DNA of 64,000 nucleotides from an uncultured candidate division Zixibacteria bacterium (GCA_963702205.1 OY969724.1:3616001-3680000), one strand, 5' to 3'; positions 52,030 through 63,246 are shown, counted from the first letter of the stretch. Numbers and translations are program-made. Notes: generated by a model from the sequence alone, not told the origin.

Positions 52030-53964
52030 ATGTTGCCTAAAAGACCAAGAAATCACCAATTGGAGGCCGAATCTAGAAGGGCATTTAGAAACGCCATCCC
52101 ATCAAACTGGGTGGTTAGAGATAAAACCGATGACTATGGAATTGACGCTGAAGTCGAAATTTTCGATGAGTTAAATAATAGTACTGGGCATATTTTTTAC
52201 GTACAATTAAAAGCAACAGATAAGGCTGAGTTAAAAGAGGCATTGAAGGTTAGACTGGAAGTTGACACATTTAATTATTTCTTCTCTTTACCATGCCCGG
52301 TACTAATAGTGCTTTATGTAGCAGAACGAAATCAGTTATTCGCAAAATGGTCTCATGCACCATTAAAAAGATCCCCCAAACTTGATCAAAGAACGTTCAC
52401 CTTCAATTTTGATCCCTCCGATACTGCAACTTCATCATATTTAGAAAAATGTATTAAGGAATGGGTATATCTTAAAAAGAGACAAATATCTGTTCCGCTG
52501 ACGATAGATTTGATATTTAATAAATATATTTCAAACAAAATATCATTTTTTGACTTAAATCACCAAAAAAACCAAATAGAAAGCGCCTCGCCTCAAAATC
52601 TAATAGACTTTAAATTTGGTTCATCAAATGAATCAATAGGCCGAATAGAATGTTCTGAAAACAAAAGCATGCTATTTATAGGTGGTGAATCTGCAACCTG
52701 CGAGATTGAGCCAATTGGCAAATACGAAAATTTAATTGAGTTTGTGGCGGATTTATATGTCGGGATAGGCATTTTATTATTGCATTTAGGGTATGAATCG
52801 CTGGCAAACGATCTAGTATCAATTGCTTTTAAATATTCCAAAAACTTTAAAAAAAATCCATTTCGGGTGATTGACTATTCACACCTTTTATTCAGGATGA
52901 AGAATTACTCCCAAATTATCCAATTATTCAAGGATATAATTGATGAAAAGATGCTGGTGGTAATTCAAATGACTATATCGCAATTTTGTAAACACTCTAA
53001 TTTCAGGAACCCACAAGATTATAATCTTATATTAGATTCTTATAATGTAATTAATGAATATTTGCTTAATTCAAATTCACCGTCGCAAGATAGAGGGCAT
53101 TTGTATTATAATATTGGCAATGCTCATTACCATGGAGGCAGACTATACAAAGCTATTAAGTATTATAATAAAGCAAGGAGGCTAGAAAGCAGTTACAACG
53201 ATAAAGATTATTTTAATCGAGAGTTGGCTGGAATTCTATTTGATTCCTCCCGATTTAAATTATCTGCGCGCATATATAAAAGGGCCATGGATTTAGGATA
53301 TAAGGATTCATTTATTATAGGCCTATATGCCGATTCCTTGCTATTTTCAGGCAATTACACTCAGGCAACAAGGTACTTTAAGAAGTACATTGATTCTATC
53401 GAATCGCCTTATGCGCTTTGGGTGATAAAATATTATTGTCTTAGTTCTATAGACTCTGAAAAATGCGGAACCAACGATAGGCATACTAGAAAAGCATTAT
53501 GCTTAGCAGGTAAATTAAATGACGACAAAATGCCAGAAGTGGCTGATGAGATATTAGGTGTAGATTTATTATGCTACATATGTTGGCTGAAATTGGCTCA
53601 TTATTATCATAATTGTCAAGAATATTCTAAGGCACAAATCTCATTTCTTTGGGCAGCGATTATTAACTTATCTGATATTAATTCATGGGCCAATGCATTC
53701 TTTTTAAGTTTTACGCCTATGAACTCTGAAGCGTGCACTTTGGCCAGTTTTATCTTTGAGGCTGCATATGTTGCAAATAAAAATAGTTTTATTGACATCT
53801 TATATGAGATTGTGGATGCTAGAGTAACAGCCAAAGATAATAATAATCGAATGAAGGAATTTATAAAAAAAATGAAAGAAGAAATTGATAATAGACAACC
53901 AAGTAATGAAATTGAAATTCGTCTATTTAACAAAGATTTCGAGGATACGAGATACAAAATGTAA
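52030..53964 (+). CDS. DUF4365 (PD-(D/E)xK-like) domain fused to TPRs, AT-rich
   Basis: DYGIDAEVEIF..FYVQLKA; TPR-like YYNIGNAHY..AIKYYNKA. Confidence 0.78.
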   Translation: MLPKRPRNHQLEAESRRAFRNAIPSNWVVRDKTDDYGIDAEVEIFDELNNSTGHIFYVQLKATDKAELKEALKVRLEVDTFNYFFSLPCPVLIVLYVAERNQLFAKWSHAPLKRSPKLDQRTFTFNFDPSDTATSSYLEKCIKEWVYLKKRQISVPLTIDLIFNKYISNKISFFDLNHQKNQIESASPQNLIDFKFGSSNESIGRIECSENKSMLFIGGESATCEIEPIGKYENLIEFVADLYVGIGILLLHLGYESLANDLVSIAFKYSKNFKKNPFRVIDYSHLLFRMKNYSQIIQLFKDIIDEKMLVVIQMTISQFCKHSNFRNPQDYNLILDSYNVINEYLLNSNSPSQDRGHLYYNIGNAHYHGGRLYKAIKYYNKARRLESSYNDKDYFNRELAGILFDSSRFKLSARIYKRAMDLGYKDSFIIGLYADSLLFSGNYTQATRYFKKYIDSIESPYALWVIKYYCLSSIDSEKCGTNDRHTRKALCLAGKLNDDKMPEVADEILGVDLLCYICWLKLAHYYHNCQEYSKAQISFLWAAIINLSDINSWANAFFLSFTPMNSEACTLASFIFEAAYVANKNSFIDILYEIVDARVTAKDNNNRMKEFIKKMKEEIDNRQPSNEIEIRLFNKDFEDTRYKM

Positions 53965-53995
53965 TTTCAACACTTAGCCGAATTTGGGAACAAAT

Positions 53996-54379
53996 ATGGA
54001 ATTCTTATTACTCTTAATTGTCACGCTCGCGATTGCGGTCGCGGTATCGCTGATCGTAATATTATTTTTCCGTAAAACCATTGAGAAGATTTTCGTGCGC
54101 ATCATCGGCGAGGAAATCGCCGTCGCGTGGAAGAAATTTTTGATTTTCGCTCTTTTCGTGGTCGGGGTGTCGTCGGGTGTAAGCATCTGGAAACTCGAGC
54201 AGTATATTCAGCCCGCGGCCGAGGGCGTCACCCGACCGGTCCTCAACGCCGAATTCTGGGGACTGGAAATTTACCGGACGATCATACAAACCCTCGGCGG
54301 TATGGCCTGGGCACTCCTGGTATTCTTCCTCGTGGCCCTGATCGCTTTTGTAATAGTGAAGAAAAAAGAAGCTAAATAG
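53996..54379 (+). CDS. Membrane hypothetical protein
   Basis: Three hydrophobic segments; typical codon usage. Confidence 0.75.
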   Translation: MEFLLLLIVTLAIAVAVSLIVILFFRKTIEKIFVRIIGEEIAVAWKKFLIFALFVVGVSSGVSIWKLEQYIQPAAEGVTRPVLNAEFWGLEIYRTIIQTLGGMAWALLVFFLVALIAFVIVKKKEAK

Positions 54380-54436
54380 TTTTTCGTTGTGCCCCATCGA
54401 TCCTCAGATCGGGTGGGTATACGCTGGGAGGTTTGA

Positions 54437-55087
54437 GTGAAGCAGTCTCGAACCAATGTTAAAATCTTTAAGGTGCTGTACGCCGTTATAATCCTGCTCG
54501 GTCTTGTAGCGGCAGCTTATTATATTTACGATATCATATCCCCGAATCACTTTGTCGGTGACATGTACGGCCTCGAAGTGCTGTATCGTGTCGCTGTATT
54601 GCTCTTCATCGCCATACCAATTGTCATAGGACTATTGTTTATAGCTTTCGCCCGAATGAAAAAACGAAAAAAGCCGGCCTTGATCGGCAATGTCTTAATC
54701 AGTGCTGCATTTCTGGTCATAATCTTTCTGTCAGTAAATGTCTATTTTGCGCGGCAAAAAGACGACCTTAGAAAATCATACTCTCTTAAAAGCACAGACG
54801 AGCTTATAAAGATCGCCTTAAAGAACAAAGACCAATTCGCGATTTATGAAATAATTTATAGAAATGACTCATCGGCAGTCCCGGCCCTGAGCAGAATTTT
54901 GCTCGACACCGCTCAGGATGACAGACTGCGGATTGAATCGGCTAATGCTCTCGGTCAGCTGGGCGGTGATTCTGCGCGGGCGGCATTAGTGCAGGCGTCT
55001 GCGTTGCCGACAACCAACACTTATCTTTCTGAATCAATTAAATATTCGATCGAAACCTTAGACAATAAAAAAGGCCGAATCGAATAA
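54437..55087 (+). CDS. Membrane protein with C-terminal HEAT/PBS-like repeat
   Basis: Three TM helices; AVPALSRIL..RIESANALGQLG. Confidence 0.7.
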   Translation: MKQSRTNVKIFKVLYAVIILLGLVAAAYYIYDIISPNHFVGDMYGLEVLYRVAVLLFIAIPIVIGLLFIAFARMKKRKKPALIGNVLISAAFLVIIFLSVNVYFARQKDDLRKSYSLKSTDELIKIALKNKDQFAIYEIIYRNDSSAVPALSRILLDTAQDDRLRIESANALGQLGGDSARAALVQASALPTTNTYLSESIKYSIETLDNKKGRIE

Positions 55088-55264
55088 ACGATCGGCTTAT
55101 TAAACATCAATTTAAGTGACCGTCAGACGCCCCCGTCTGACGGTTATCCGATAAAGCACACAAACTATAAAGCAGCACGCGGCAGACGGTGTTGTGCCCG
55201 GCCTGCCCTGAACTTTGAAGGGCCGGTCCTCAGAGCGACCGGGTTATTGTAGCTTTTATATCAT

Positions 55265-56683
55265 TTACTTATCATAGTACAATCTGAATTCCCATGGATG
55301 CGGGCGATAGCGGATTTCTTCGACGTCGCGGCGTTTGAGCTTGATCCACGATTGAATCAAATCCTCGGTAAAGACTCCGCCCTGCAGCAGAAAATCATAA
55401 TCGCTTTCAAGGGCATTGAGCGCCTTGGTCAGCGACGTCGGCAAAAGCGGAATCTTTTTAAGCTCTTTCTCGGGCAACAGGTCGAGGTTCTTATTGACCG
55501 GTTCGCCGGGATCGATCTGATTTTTTATTCCATCGAGTCCGGCCATAAGCATCGCCGCGTACGCCAGGTACAGATTGCAGGTGCCGTCGGGAGGACGGAA
55601 CTCCAACCGGTGGACGGCAGGATTGCGGATATAGCCCGGAATTCGGATACAGGCGGTACGGTTGCCGACCGAGTACGCGCCCCACACCGGCGCTTCGAAG
55701 CCCGGCACCAGGCGCTTGTATGAATTGGTCGACGGATTGGTGAACGCGAACAAAGCTCCGGCGTGTTTGAGCAACCCGCCGATATAGTACAGTCCGAGTT
55801 TGGAAAAATTGGCCGGGCCTTTGCGATCGTAAAAAATCGATTTCCTGTTTTTGGCCAGGTACTGATGCACGTGCAGTCCCGAACCCGGTTCGTTGAACAG
55901 CGGCTTGGGCATGAACGTCGCCGACTTGCCTAACGAATAGGAGTAATTCTTAACGAAGTATTTGACCATCATCGACTGATCGGACATGAGCACCATCTCG
56001 GTCAGGTCGGGCTCGATCTCATGCTGGCTGGCGCCGCCGACTTCATGGTGGTGATACTTCACATTGACGCCGACGTCGGATATCAGCGAACAAATTTCCG
56101 AGCGAATATTATACGTCCGGTCCTTCGGCGGTGCAGCATGATAACCGTGCTTGTACTGCACTTTGTAGCCAAGATTTTTGCCTCCCTCTCCCCCCGTGTT
56201 CCACTCGGCTTCCGAGGTATCGACAAAATAATAGCCCTGCTCCGGGCCATAATAGAAACGGACGTCATCGAAAATATGAAACTCGAATTCCGGGCCGATA
56301 ATCAAATCGGTTCCGGGAATCATCTTTTTGAGATATTTATCGGCATCGCGCACGACCCGTCTCGGATTGCGGCTGTACTCCTCGACATTCTTCCCGACCG
56401 ACATAATATCGCAGATGAAAGAAAGCGTCGGCCTTTCGTAAAACGGATCAATAAACGCGGTGTCGGCATCGGGAAGCGCCAGCATGTCGCCGCGCTCGAT
56501 TGACGTGTACCCCGGCAGCGAGGAGCCGTCGACCCCAACCCCGACTTTGAACAGGTCGGGCTTAAGACTCGAAACCGGTATTGTTATATGATGCCAGTCT
56601 CCGATAAGATCGGAGAATTTGAGATCGATATATTGTACGCCGTGTTTTTTCACGAGGGCGCGCAGTTTTTTCAGGTCCGCCAT
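55265..56683 (-). CDS. glnA: Glutamine synthetase type I
   Basis: DGSS, GPEFEF, HHHEVG, TFMPKP..GSGLHVHQ, NSYKRLVPGFEAP, EFRPPD. Confidence 0.97.
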   Translation of the reverse strand: MADLKKLRALVKKHGVQYIDLKFSDLIGDWHHITIPVSSLKPDLFKVGVGVDGSSLPGYTSIERGDMLALPDADTAFIDPFYERPTLSFICDIMSVGKNVEEYSRNPRRVVRDADKYLKKMIPGTDLIIGPEFEFHIFDDVRFYYGPEQGYYFVDTSEAEWNTGGEGGKNLGYKVQYKHGYHAAPPKDRTYNIRSEICSLISDVGVNVKYHHHEVGGASQHEIEPDLTEMVLMSDQSMMVKYFVKNYSYSLGKSATFMPKPLFNEPGSGLHVHQYLAKNRKSIFYDRKGPANFSKLGLYYIGGLLKHAGALFAFTNPSTNSYKRLVPGFEAPVWGAYSVGNRTACIRIPGYIRNPAVHRLEFRPPDGTCNLYLAYAAMLMAGLDGIKNQIDPGEPVNKNLDLLPEKELKKIPLLPTSLTKALNALESDYDFLLQGGVFTEDLIQSWIKLKRRDVEEIRYRPHPWEFRLYYDK

Positions 56684-56765
56684 AAAGCAAATCCCCTATA
56701 TAGTGAAAATTTTCACAACTAAAATACCGAATTCCCCAGAATTTGGCAATGGAATTTTGTGAAAA

Positions 56766-57560
56766 TCAGGGATTTAATGGGCCGGGCCAGTTGTAGAAAT
56801 AGAAATCGAAATAGCTATAAATCTGCAAGGCTTGGGCGCCCAGTTCGGAACTACCGGCATCGTCAAAGCCTCCATCCCAAAGAAGCTTAAATTCCCAATT
56901 TGTTTGCTTGAAATAATAAAAATGGCTCTCAAGGCACCCTGACGGGCAATCACCCCATGCATCTCTGACTATGAAAATCAGAGAGCCATCGGCTTCGAGC
57001 CAGGGATAAATATTGGGAGCGTCTCCTATCGGATCTCTGGGTCGTATCATGCCAAGATTGTCAATGTTTTTATATTCATCATAAAGCTTTATTGGATTAA
57101 GTCTCGGCCGGAAATGTAAATCTGCTATATGCCATTCACTCCATGCCCATATAAAGGAAGTATCCAGCATCCCGGAATAATATTCGTTGAGAGAATCCCA
57201 CATAGAATAGCTTCCCTCATGTATACTGTCTACGGCTTCATTCGTGAATACTATTTCAAAAACACTTGTGACAATTATCGACCGGAAGTGATTGTTCACT
57301 GCCGGGATGCTGTCCGCGTACTGGCGACGAAGGTTTCGAAGTGCGAATTTGATTCTCTGGTACAACTCCTGCGGTGCGACCAAATCTCCCGAAAGATACA
57401 AAGCCATCTCCTCGGCTTCGGCATCCGGCCTCGGAGACAGGGCGAGGTTTTCATCGAATGTAAGCGGCTGGCCGTTTGATGGCCCGGTCGAATTATCGCA
57501 GGAAAAGAAAAATAGTACTGCGATGATCGGTAATAGAATAAATAAGCGTCTGTGCTGCAC
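56766..57560 (-). CDS. Lipoprotein of unknown function
   Basis: GTG 57560 after GGGGG; lipobox-like FFSC; WGDCPSGC motif. Confidence 0.65.
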   Translation of the reverse strand: MQHRRLFILLPIIAVLFFFSCDNSTGPSNGQPLTFDENLALSPRPDAEAEEMALYLSGDLVAPQELYQRIKFALRNLRRQYADSIPAVNNHFRSIIVTSVFEIVFTNEAVDSIHEGSYSMWDSLNEYYSGMLDTSFIWAWSEWHIADLHFRPRLNPIKLYDEYKNIDNLGMIRPRDPIGDAPNIYPWLEADGSLIFIVRDAWGDCPSGCLESHFYYFKQTNWEFKLLWDGGFDDAGSSELGAQALQIYSYFDFYFYNWPGPLNP

Positions 57561-57784
57561 GACGTCACCCCCGTGATAGTGGTTTTCAATACGTCCCGGC
57601 CAAATAGCCAGCCCTCGGAGCAGCCTTTTATCAAGGCGATGAAATGACAAGTATCAATATTCGACCAAATATCTATAAAAATATAATAATATTTCGCCAA
57701 AACACAACCGATAATATATTATGGACGACATATTTGTCTTGTTAAAACTATGTCCTATATTATATTAAGTATGGTGCAAGGCGT

Positions 57785-58444
57785 ATGAGTAACTTACTTA
57801 AAATACACCGTCCTTTTGAGATGCTTCCCGATCTCACCCGGGTCGAGCAATCGTTGGCCGAAAAAGGCTACCGAATGGTCGCGGGTGTGGATGAAGCCGG
57901 ACGCGGTCCGCTGGCCGGACCGGTCGTAGCGGCGGCCGTGATCCTTCCGGAGGATTGCAGCATAGTCGGCATCGATGATTCCAAGAAACTGAGCGCCAAA
58001 CGGCGGGATATTTTATTCGACGAAATCGTCGGCTCCGGCGCCATCGTCTCGGTTGGGATCATCGACAACGAAGCCATCGACTCATGCAATATTCTCAAGG
58101 CTTCGCTGATGGCTATGCGCAAGGCGGTCTGCTCGCTCGAAAGCAAGCCGGACTATGTGCTGGTTGACGGGTCTTTCGCAATTCCGAATCTGAGCTATCC
58201 GCAGCTGGCCCTGGTCGGCGGCGACAGGTTGTGCAAGTCGGTTTCGGCGGCGTCGATTATCGCCAAGGTGACTCGTGACCGCATCATGGATCGCTATGCC
58301 GAGATTTATCCCGAGTTTTCATTCGCGAGCCATCGCGGCTACCCGACCGCCAAACATCTCGATGAGCTTCGGACTTTCGGGCCGACCAAAATCCACCGCA
58401 AGACTTTCAAACCGGTCGAAGAGCTCTTGCAGACGGTGGAATAA
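57785..58444 (+). CDS. rnhB: Ribonuclease HII
   Basis: GVDEAGRGPLAGPV, DSKKL, AASIIAKVTRD, GYPT. Confidence 0.97.
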   Translation: MSNLLKIHRPFEMLPDLTRVEQSLAEKGYRMVAGVDEAGRGPLAGPVVAAAVILPEDCSIVGIDDSKKLSAKRRDILFDEIVGSGAIVSVGIIDNEAIDSCNILKASLMAMRKAVCSLESKPDYVLVDGSFAIPNLSYPQLALVGGDRLCKSVSAASIIAKVTRDRIMDRYAEIYPEFSFASHRGYPTAKHLDELRTFGPTKIHRKTFKPVEELLQTVE

Positions 58445-58461
58445 TTTCGTTTCTTGTTTTT

Positions 58462-58821
58462 GTGGCTTCTTCCGAAAGACAAAAAGGGCGCAAATTTGAA
58501 CAAATGGCCGAGGAATTTCTTCGCGCCAACGGTTATACTATTCTCGAAAAAAACTGGCAGGCGGGTCATAAGGAAATTGACCTGATCGTCGTCAAAAATA
58601 AGACTATCATATTCGTCGAAGTCAAGGCCGCCACCGGCCCCAAATACGGCCATCCCGCCGGATGGGTCGACAAGCGCAAACGTCAGAATCTTATTGCCGC
58701 CGCCGGGCAGTACATCGCCGACCGCAAATTAAAAGACCACGATTACAGATTTGATCTGATTACATTTTTCGACGGCCAACTCGAGCACTACGAGAGCGCC
58801 TTCACTGCCGATAACGATTAA
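58462..58821 (+). CDS. yraN: YraN (UPF0102) family protein
   Basis: EIDLI, FVEVK, RFDLI; follows rnhB. Confidence 0.9.
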   Translation: MASSERQKGRKFEQMAEEFLRANGYTILEKNWQAGHKEIDLIVVKNKTIIFVEVKAATGPKYGHPAGWVDKRKRQNLIAAAGQYIADRKLKDHDYRFDLITFFDGQLEHYESAFTADND

Positions 58822-58828
58822 ATCCTGA

Positions 58829-60226
58829 TCAATGCTCTATGATTCTTAAATCAATTTTATCGCCGTAGTACCCCGCCGCTGAGGCTGACACTAACCTGGG
58901 AGACTGACCATTGAATTTAATGTCCATCAATCTTCCCGGACCGGCATTAATTTTCGCCTGGTCTTTTGGGCTGTAAATTAATGCCGTAAGAGTATCATTG
59001 CTTTGAGAGTAGTCGACCATAAAATCCTCGCAATGGGGGTCCAGATCAACATTGCTTATGGAATCCGGGGCAAAGAATTTCAATAATATGGCTCCAACCG
59101 GGATATCGAACTTATGACTCAATGCCAATTCATTTGCACTTGAAAACAACATCAATAAGCCGTCGTATGACTCCTTAATGAACTTACGCAGGACTGGCCG
59201 CCGACAGGATGAATACTTGAATGCCTGAAGATCCAGAATGCTGCCGCAGATGCCGTCATTGTTCAGATCCGCCGCCGCCGTCTGACCTTCGATGTTTATA
59301 TGAAAGACGCTATCGCCCCACAGGATGTATTTTCTGAACAGCTCAAAATCATCGTCGTCCATGCTAAGACCATTGAGATTCATATCCCCTTTAAAATTAA
59401 AGTCCTCGCAACAGCAGATAACTTTTGTACCCCCATTATAGAAGTCAATCGACGGTACGGCCGCAGGGTACGATTCGCGGATTTTCTGCGCGCACCGCAA
59501 ATCATATTGCGGAAACTTGTAATACGGGGTCGTAGAGTCCATTGCAAAAGTGCCATCGTATATCCAGTACTTATTCCGTCCATAGGGTCGATTGCACGCA
59601 AAATAGGATTTGTTCATACAAGCAACAGGAGGGCTGCCTCCGTCGGAGGCTACAGATTTTTGAAAGAGAACATTATCGATACAATCTTCCCATATAAATT
59701 GAATCGGCAGTAAATGGCACTCGTAACTTCTGTCATTCGTTACGAAGAAATGCAATGTAAACAGATGGAGACTGTCGGTTCCTTCTGTCTTGCTCCTTAT
59801 CAGACTTGTATCGACACTGAACCGGCCCCTGATACGGACTTCGTAATATCCGGGCTGTGAAATGTTTTGAAAGGACAAGTTTTTATACAACCCGTTTCCC
59901 GTACTATCGAAAAAATCATAAATCGAATGATGAATATACTCTTCTCTATAATGAGATTCGATTTGATTTGCAGAATCCTTGTATGTGTTCCCCGCAGTAA
60001 GACACTGCAATTTGAGACATTTATCATCGTAGCCTATCCGAAAATCGAATCGGTCGATATTGGCAACATCCCCGGTTATGAATACAGGAATGGCCGCGAT
60101 ATGACCTTGAAGCTGAGATAATTCCAGATTAATAAATATATCAAAGTCTGCCTCTTTGGCTTTAATGGATGAGATAGTTGCAAGACAAGCTATAACGAAT
60201 AAACAGAAAAAGATATTTATCTTCAT
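58829..60226 (-). CDS. Secreted cohesin-like/dockerin-like protein (copy 1)
   Basis: Signal peptide; FDFRIGYD; PIQFIWEDC; paired EF-hand-like GDMNLNG / ADLNNDG. Confidence 0.7.
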   Translation of the reverse strand: MKINIFFCLFVIACLATISSIKAKEADFDIFINLELSQLQGHIAAIPVFITGDVANIDRFDFRIGYDDKCLKLQCLTAGNTYKDSANQIESHYREEYIHHSIYDFFDSTGNGLYKNLSFQNISQPGYYEVRIRGRFSVDTSLIRSKTEGTDSLHLFTLHFFVTNDRSYECHLLPIQFIWEDCIDNVLFQKSVASDGGSPPVACMNKSYFACNRPYGRNKYWIYDGTFAMDSTTPYYKFPQYDLRCAQKIRESYPAAVPSIDFYNGGTKVICCCEDFNFKGDMNLNGLSMDDDDFELFRKYILWGDSVFHINIEGQTAAADLNNDGICGSILDLQAFKYSSCRRPVLRKFIKESYDGLLMLFSSANELALSHKFDIPVGAILLKFFAPDSISNVDLDPHCEDFMVDYSQSNDTLTALIYSPKDQAKINAGPGRLMDIKFNGQSPRLVSASAAGYYGDKIDLRIIEH

Positions 60227-60238
60227 AACTTAGTCCCC

Positions 60239-61584
60239 TTAATGTTCAACGGTTATCAAATCGACCTTTTCACCATAATATCCCGCGGCCTCGGCCGAAA
60301 TTAACTCGGGAGGTTGGCCGGTGTATTTCAGGTCCAGCAGCGGTCCCGTATTAGTAGCAACCTTCGATTTCGGATTAAGATTGTAAATCAGGATCGACAA
60401 GGTATCATTGCGCCAATACCGTCCGATTTCATAATTGGAGTATGGGCCCTTTAACTCTGCGCTGCTGGTCGAATCCGGCGCATTGAACCGCAGCAAAATG
60501 CTCCCGACCGGAGCATCAAATTTATAATATAGTTTTAATTCATCACGCTTTTTTATTTCGATAAGCTGACCATCAATAACATTCATGATTTCGGGATAAG
60601 GCATGGCATCATTTTGAATATATTTAACCAAGTACTGAAAATCCTGTACTGTCGCAGATCTGCCGTCGCCGTTTACATCGGACGCGGCATATTGCCCATC
60701 TTTATTGATTTTAAATACTGAATCACCCATAAGGAGATAATCTCTGAGATTGATCAGGTCCGCCGAATCGTGGGCTATTCCATTGAGGTTAACATCGCCT
60801 CTGGCATCGACGTCCAGGCAGTCAAAGGCTGTACCACCGTTGAAGAAATAAATCATGCGCTGAGAAATGTCACAATTAGTAAGACAAGAATCCACATTGC
60901 TTAAATCATAAGCCTGGTACATTTCTATTTTGCGATAATCTCGAAAGCCTAAATATATTTCTGCGGGCAAATCCCAATGATAAGGCATAAAGACGTCCTT
61001 AAGATAGGCCAACCGCGGCAGCATATTCCCGCTTACGTATTTATGATAAAAGATCGCGTTATCATTGCAGGACTCCCAGATAAACTGCACCGGAACCCAA
61101 CGGAGAAGATAACTTATATCATGTGTTGTCATAAAATGAAGCTTGAACAGTATTAATTTGTCACCCGGATTATTTTTATCATATTCAATATTGGCTGTAT
61201 TGCCCATCCGGGCGTTGATTTTAATGATACCCGGGTTGCTTGCAACCGGCCGCTCGACCTCGAATTTTTCGTACATCCATTGACCTGTAGTATCTCTGAA
61301 ATCGACAAGCCTGTAATTTGCTGTGTCCTCTACTGAATTAAAATAATAGTTTCAAAGCTCAGGCTTTCGAGTTTGAAGACACCCGTATGATATTTAATCA
61401 AGAGGTGCAGGCTGTCGACCACATTGATATTGCCTTGAAAGTAAACAGGAAAAATAGCCTGACGTCCAAGAAGAAGACACTCGCTATAGTCAATTATAAG
61501 CTTAAAATCATCGGCTTGCCCCTGAACACAAGAGCCGGACGCCAGAATAATCGCTATAATGACGGACATTTTAAGAAATTTCAT
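60239..61584 (-). pseudogene. Secreted cohesin-like/dockerin-like protein (copy 2), frameshift near 61350
   Basis: ORF 61330-61584 supplies the signal peptide; the shifted frame NYYFNSVEDTANY.. runs into ORF 60239-61276; GDVNLNG / SDVNGDG; paralog of copy 1. Confidence 0.7.
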
Positions 61585-61642
61585 AGAATAGTCCCTTTTT
61601 CTGTTATACCAATAGAATCCCCCGAATATCCCCCGCCTGAGA

Positions 61643-62032
61643 TTATATTGAGTCGGCTGCCAATGAATCCGCTGCCGCCGAATCCGCCTGAGCGTTAAGC
61701 TCTTCGATTTTGAGATTTGCCAGAGAATCGGTGATATTTGAAACCATCTTCCAGAAGGATGCCCAGTCGTTTTGATCGCCGGGAAAGCTGTCTTTGTATG
61801 TCAACATCTGCTCGGCCGTGACGCCGTATTTTTGCAAAATCGAATCGCGGGCAACCAGGAACGAATCGCTGCTGTTGCGATACAGCTCGGCCGCGATTGA
61901 GGTTTCGGCGATGACCAGAGCATAGCGACGGTATTCGGCTTCTTTTCTGTTGCGCAGATAATCTCTGCCGTAGAAATATCCACCTATCAACAACCCTATT
62001 ACTGCCGCCGCGATTATGAATCTTGCAATCAT
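61643..62032 (-). CDS. Membrane-anchored hypothetical protein (DUF4296-like)
   Basis: N-terminal TM; RDSILQKYGVTAEQ. Confidence 0.65.
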   Translation of the reverse strand: MIARFIIAAAVIGLLIGGYFYGRDYLRNRKEAEYRRYALVIAETSIAAELYRNSSDSFLVARDSILQKYGVTAEQMLTYKDSFPGDQNDWASFWKMVSNITDSLANLKIEELNAQADSAAADSLAADSI

Positions 62033-62107
62033 ATCCCATCAACTTTCAGTTGATATTCTCCATAGAACCGTTAAATTACGCCGGAAACTATCAAAGGTCA
62101 AGCGGCA

Positions 62108-63187
62108 ATGGAAATTAGATTACCGATAGAGCGGCGGAAAAGCCGGGCGGTCAAATGCGGCGATGTTATCATCGGCGGCGGGTTTCCGGTGACGGTGCAA
62201 TCGATGACCAACACCGATACCCGCGATGTCATAGCGACCGTCGCGCAGATAAGAAAACTCACCGACGCCGGGTGCGACATTATAAGAGTCGCCGTCCCGG
62301 ACCGCGAGGCGGCGTCGAAACTGGCCGAAATCAAGTCGAAAATAACCATACCGCTCGTGGCCGATATACACTTCAAGTACAAATTGGCTCTCGAAGCGAT
62401 CAAACAGGGGGTCGATAAGATTCGGATCAACCCCGGCAACATCGGCGACGATTCCAAGGTCACCGAAATAGCCAAAGCCGCCAAAGACGCCGGCATCCCG
62501 ATTCGGGTCGGGGTCAATTCCGGATCGCTCCCGCAGGATGTGCTCGAAAAATACGGCCACGATAACCCCGAAGGATTTGTCGAGGCGGCGCTGCGGCAGG
62601 TTGAATTGCTCGAAAAGAACGATTTCCACGATATAGTCATCGCCATGAAATCGTCGAATGTCAACACCGCCTGGCAGGCGCATCTGCTTCTGGCACAGAA
62701 AGTAGACTACCCGTTCCACCTCGGCATCACCGAGGCCGGGACACTCGAATCGGGCACGGTCAAATCAGCCGTCGGGATGGGCGCGATATTAATCCACGGC
62801 ATCGGGGACACCATCCGTGTTTCATTGACCGCCGATCCGGTCGAGGAAATAAAAGTCGGCAAGGCCATCCTTAAGGCGCTGGAACTGAAAAAAGAAGGCG
62901 TAGAAATCATCTCCTGCCCCACCTGCGGACGGTGCGAAATCGACGTCATCAAGCTGGCGCGGTCGATCGAAAAAAAGACCGCCCACTATAAGACACCACT
63001 CAAAGTGGCCGTCATGGGCTGTGTGGTCAACGGACCCGGCGAAGCCCGCGCGGCGGACGTCGGCATCACCGGCGGACGCGGCAAGGGGCTGCTTTTTAAA
63101 AAGGGCAAAATCGTCAGGAAGCTCCCCGAATCCGAATTGGAGAAAGCCTTACTTGAGGAAATCGAAATCCTCACCGGCGGGGAATGA
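62108..63187 (+). CDS. ispG: 4-hydroxy-3-methylbut-2-en-1-yl diphosphate synthase
   Basis: VQSMTNT, ADIHF, RINPGN, HLGITEAG, SCPTCGR, MGCVVNGPGEA. Confidence 0.97.
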   Translation: MEIRLPIERRKSRAVKCGDVIIGGGFPVTVQSMTNTDTRDVIATVAQIRKLTDAGCDIIRVAVPDREAASKLAEIKSKITIPLVADIHFKYKLALEAIKQGVDKIRINPGNIGDDSKVTEIAKAAKDAGIPIRVGVNSGSLPQDVLEKYGHDNPEGFVEAALRQVELLEKNDFHDIVIAMKSSNVNTAWQAHLLLAQKVDYPFHLGITEAGTLESGTVKSAVGMGAILIHGIGDTIRVSLTADPVEEIKVGKAILKALELKKEGVEIISCPTCGRCEIDVIKLARSIEKKTAHYKTPLKVAVMGCVVNGPGEARAADVGITGGRGKGLLFKKGKIVRKLPESELEKALLEEIEILTGGE

Positions 63188-63246
63188 CATTCCACTAATC
63201 TGTTCTCTTGCAAAGAATTAGGCGGCTTGGAATCGCATTTTAAGAA

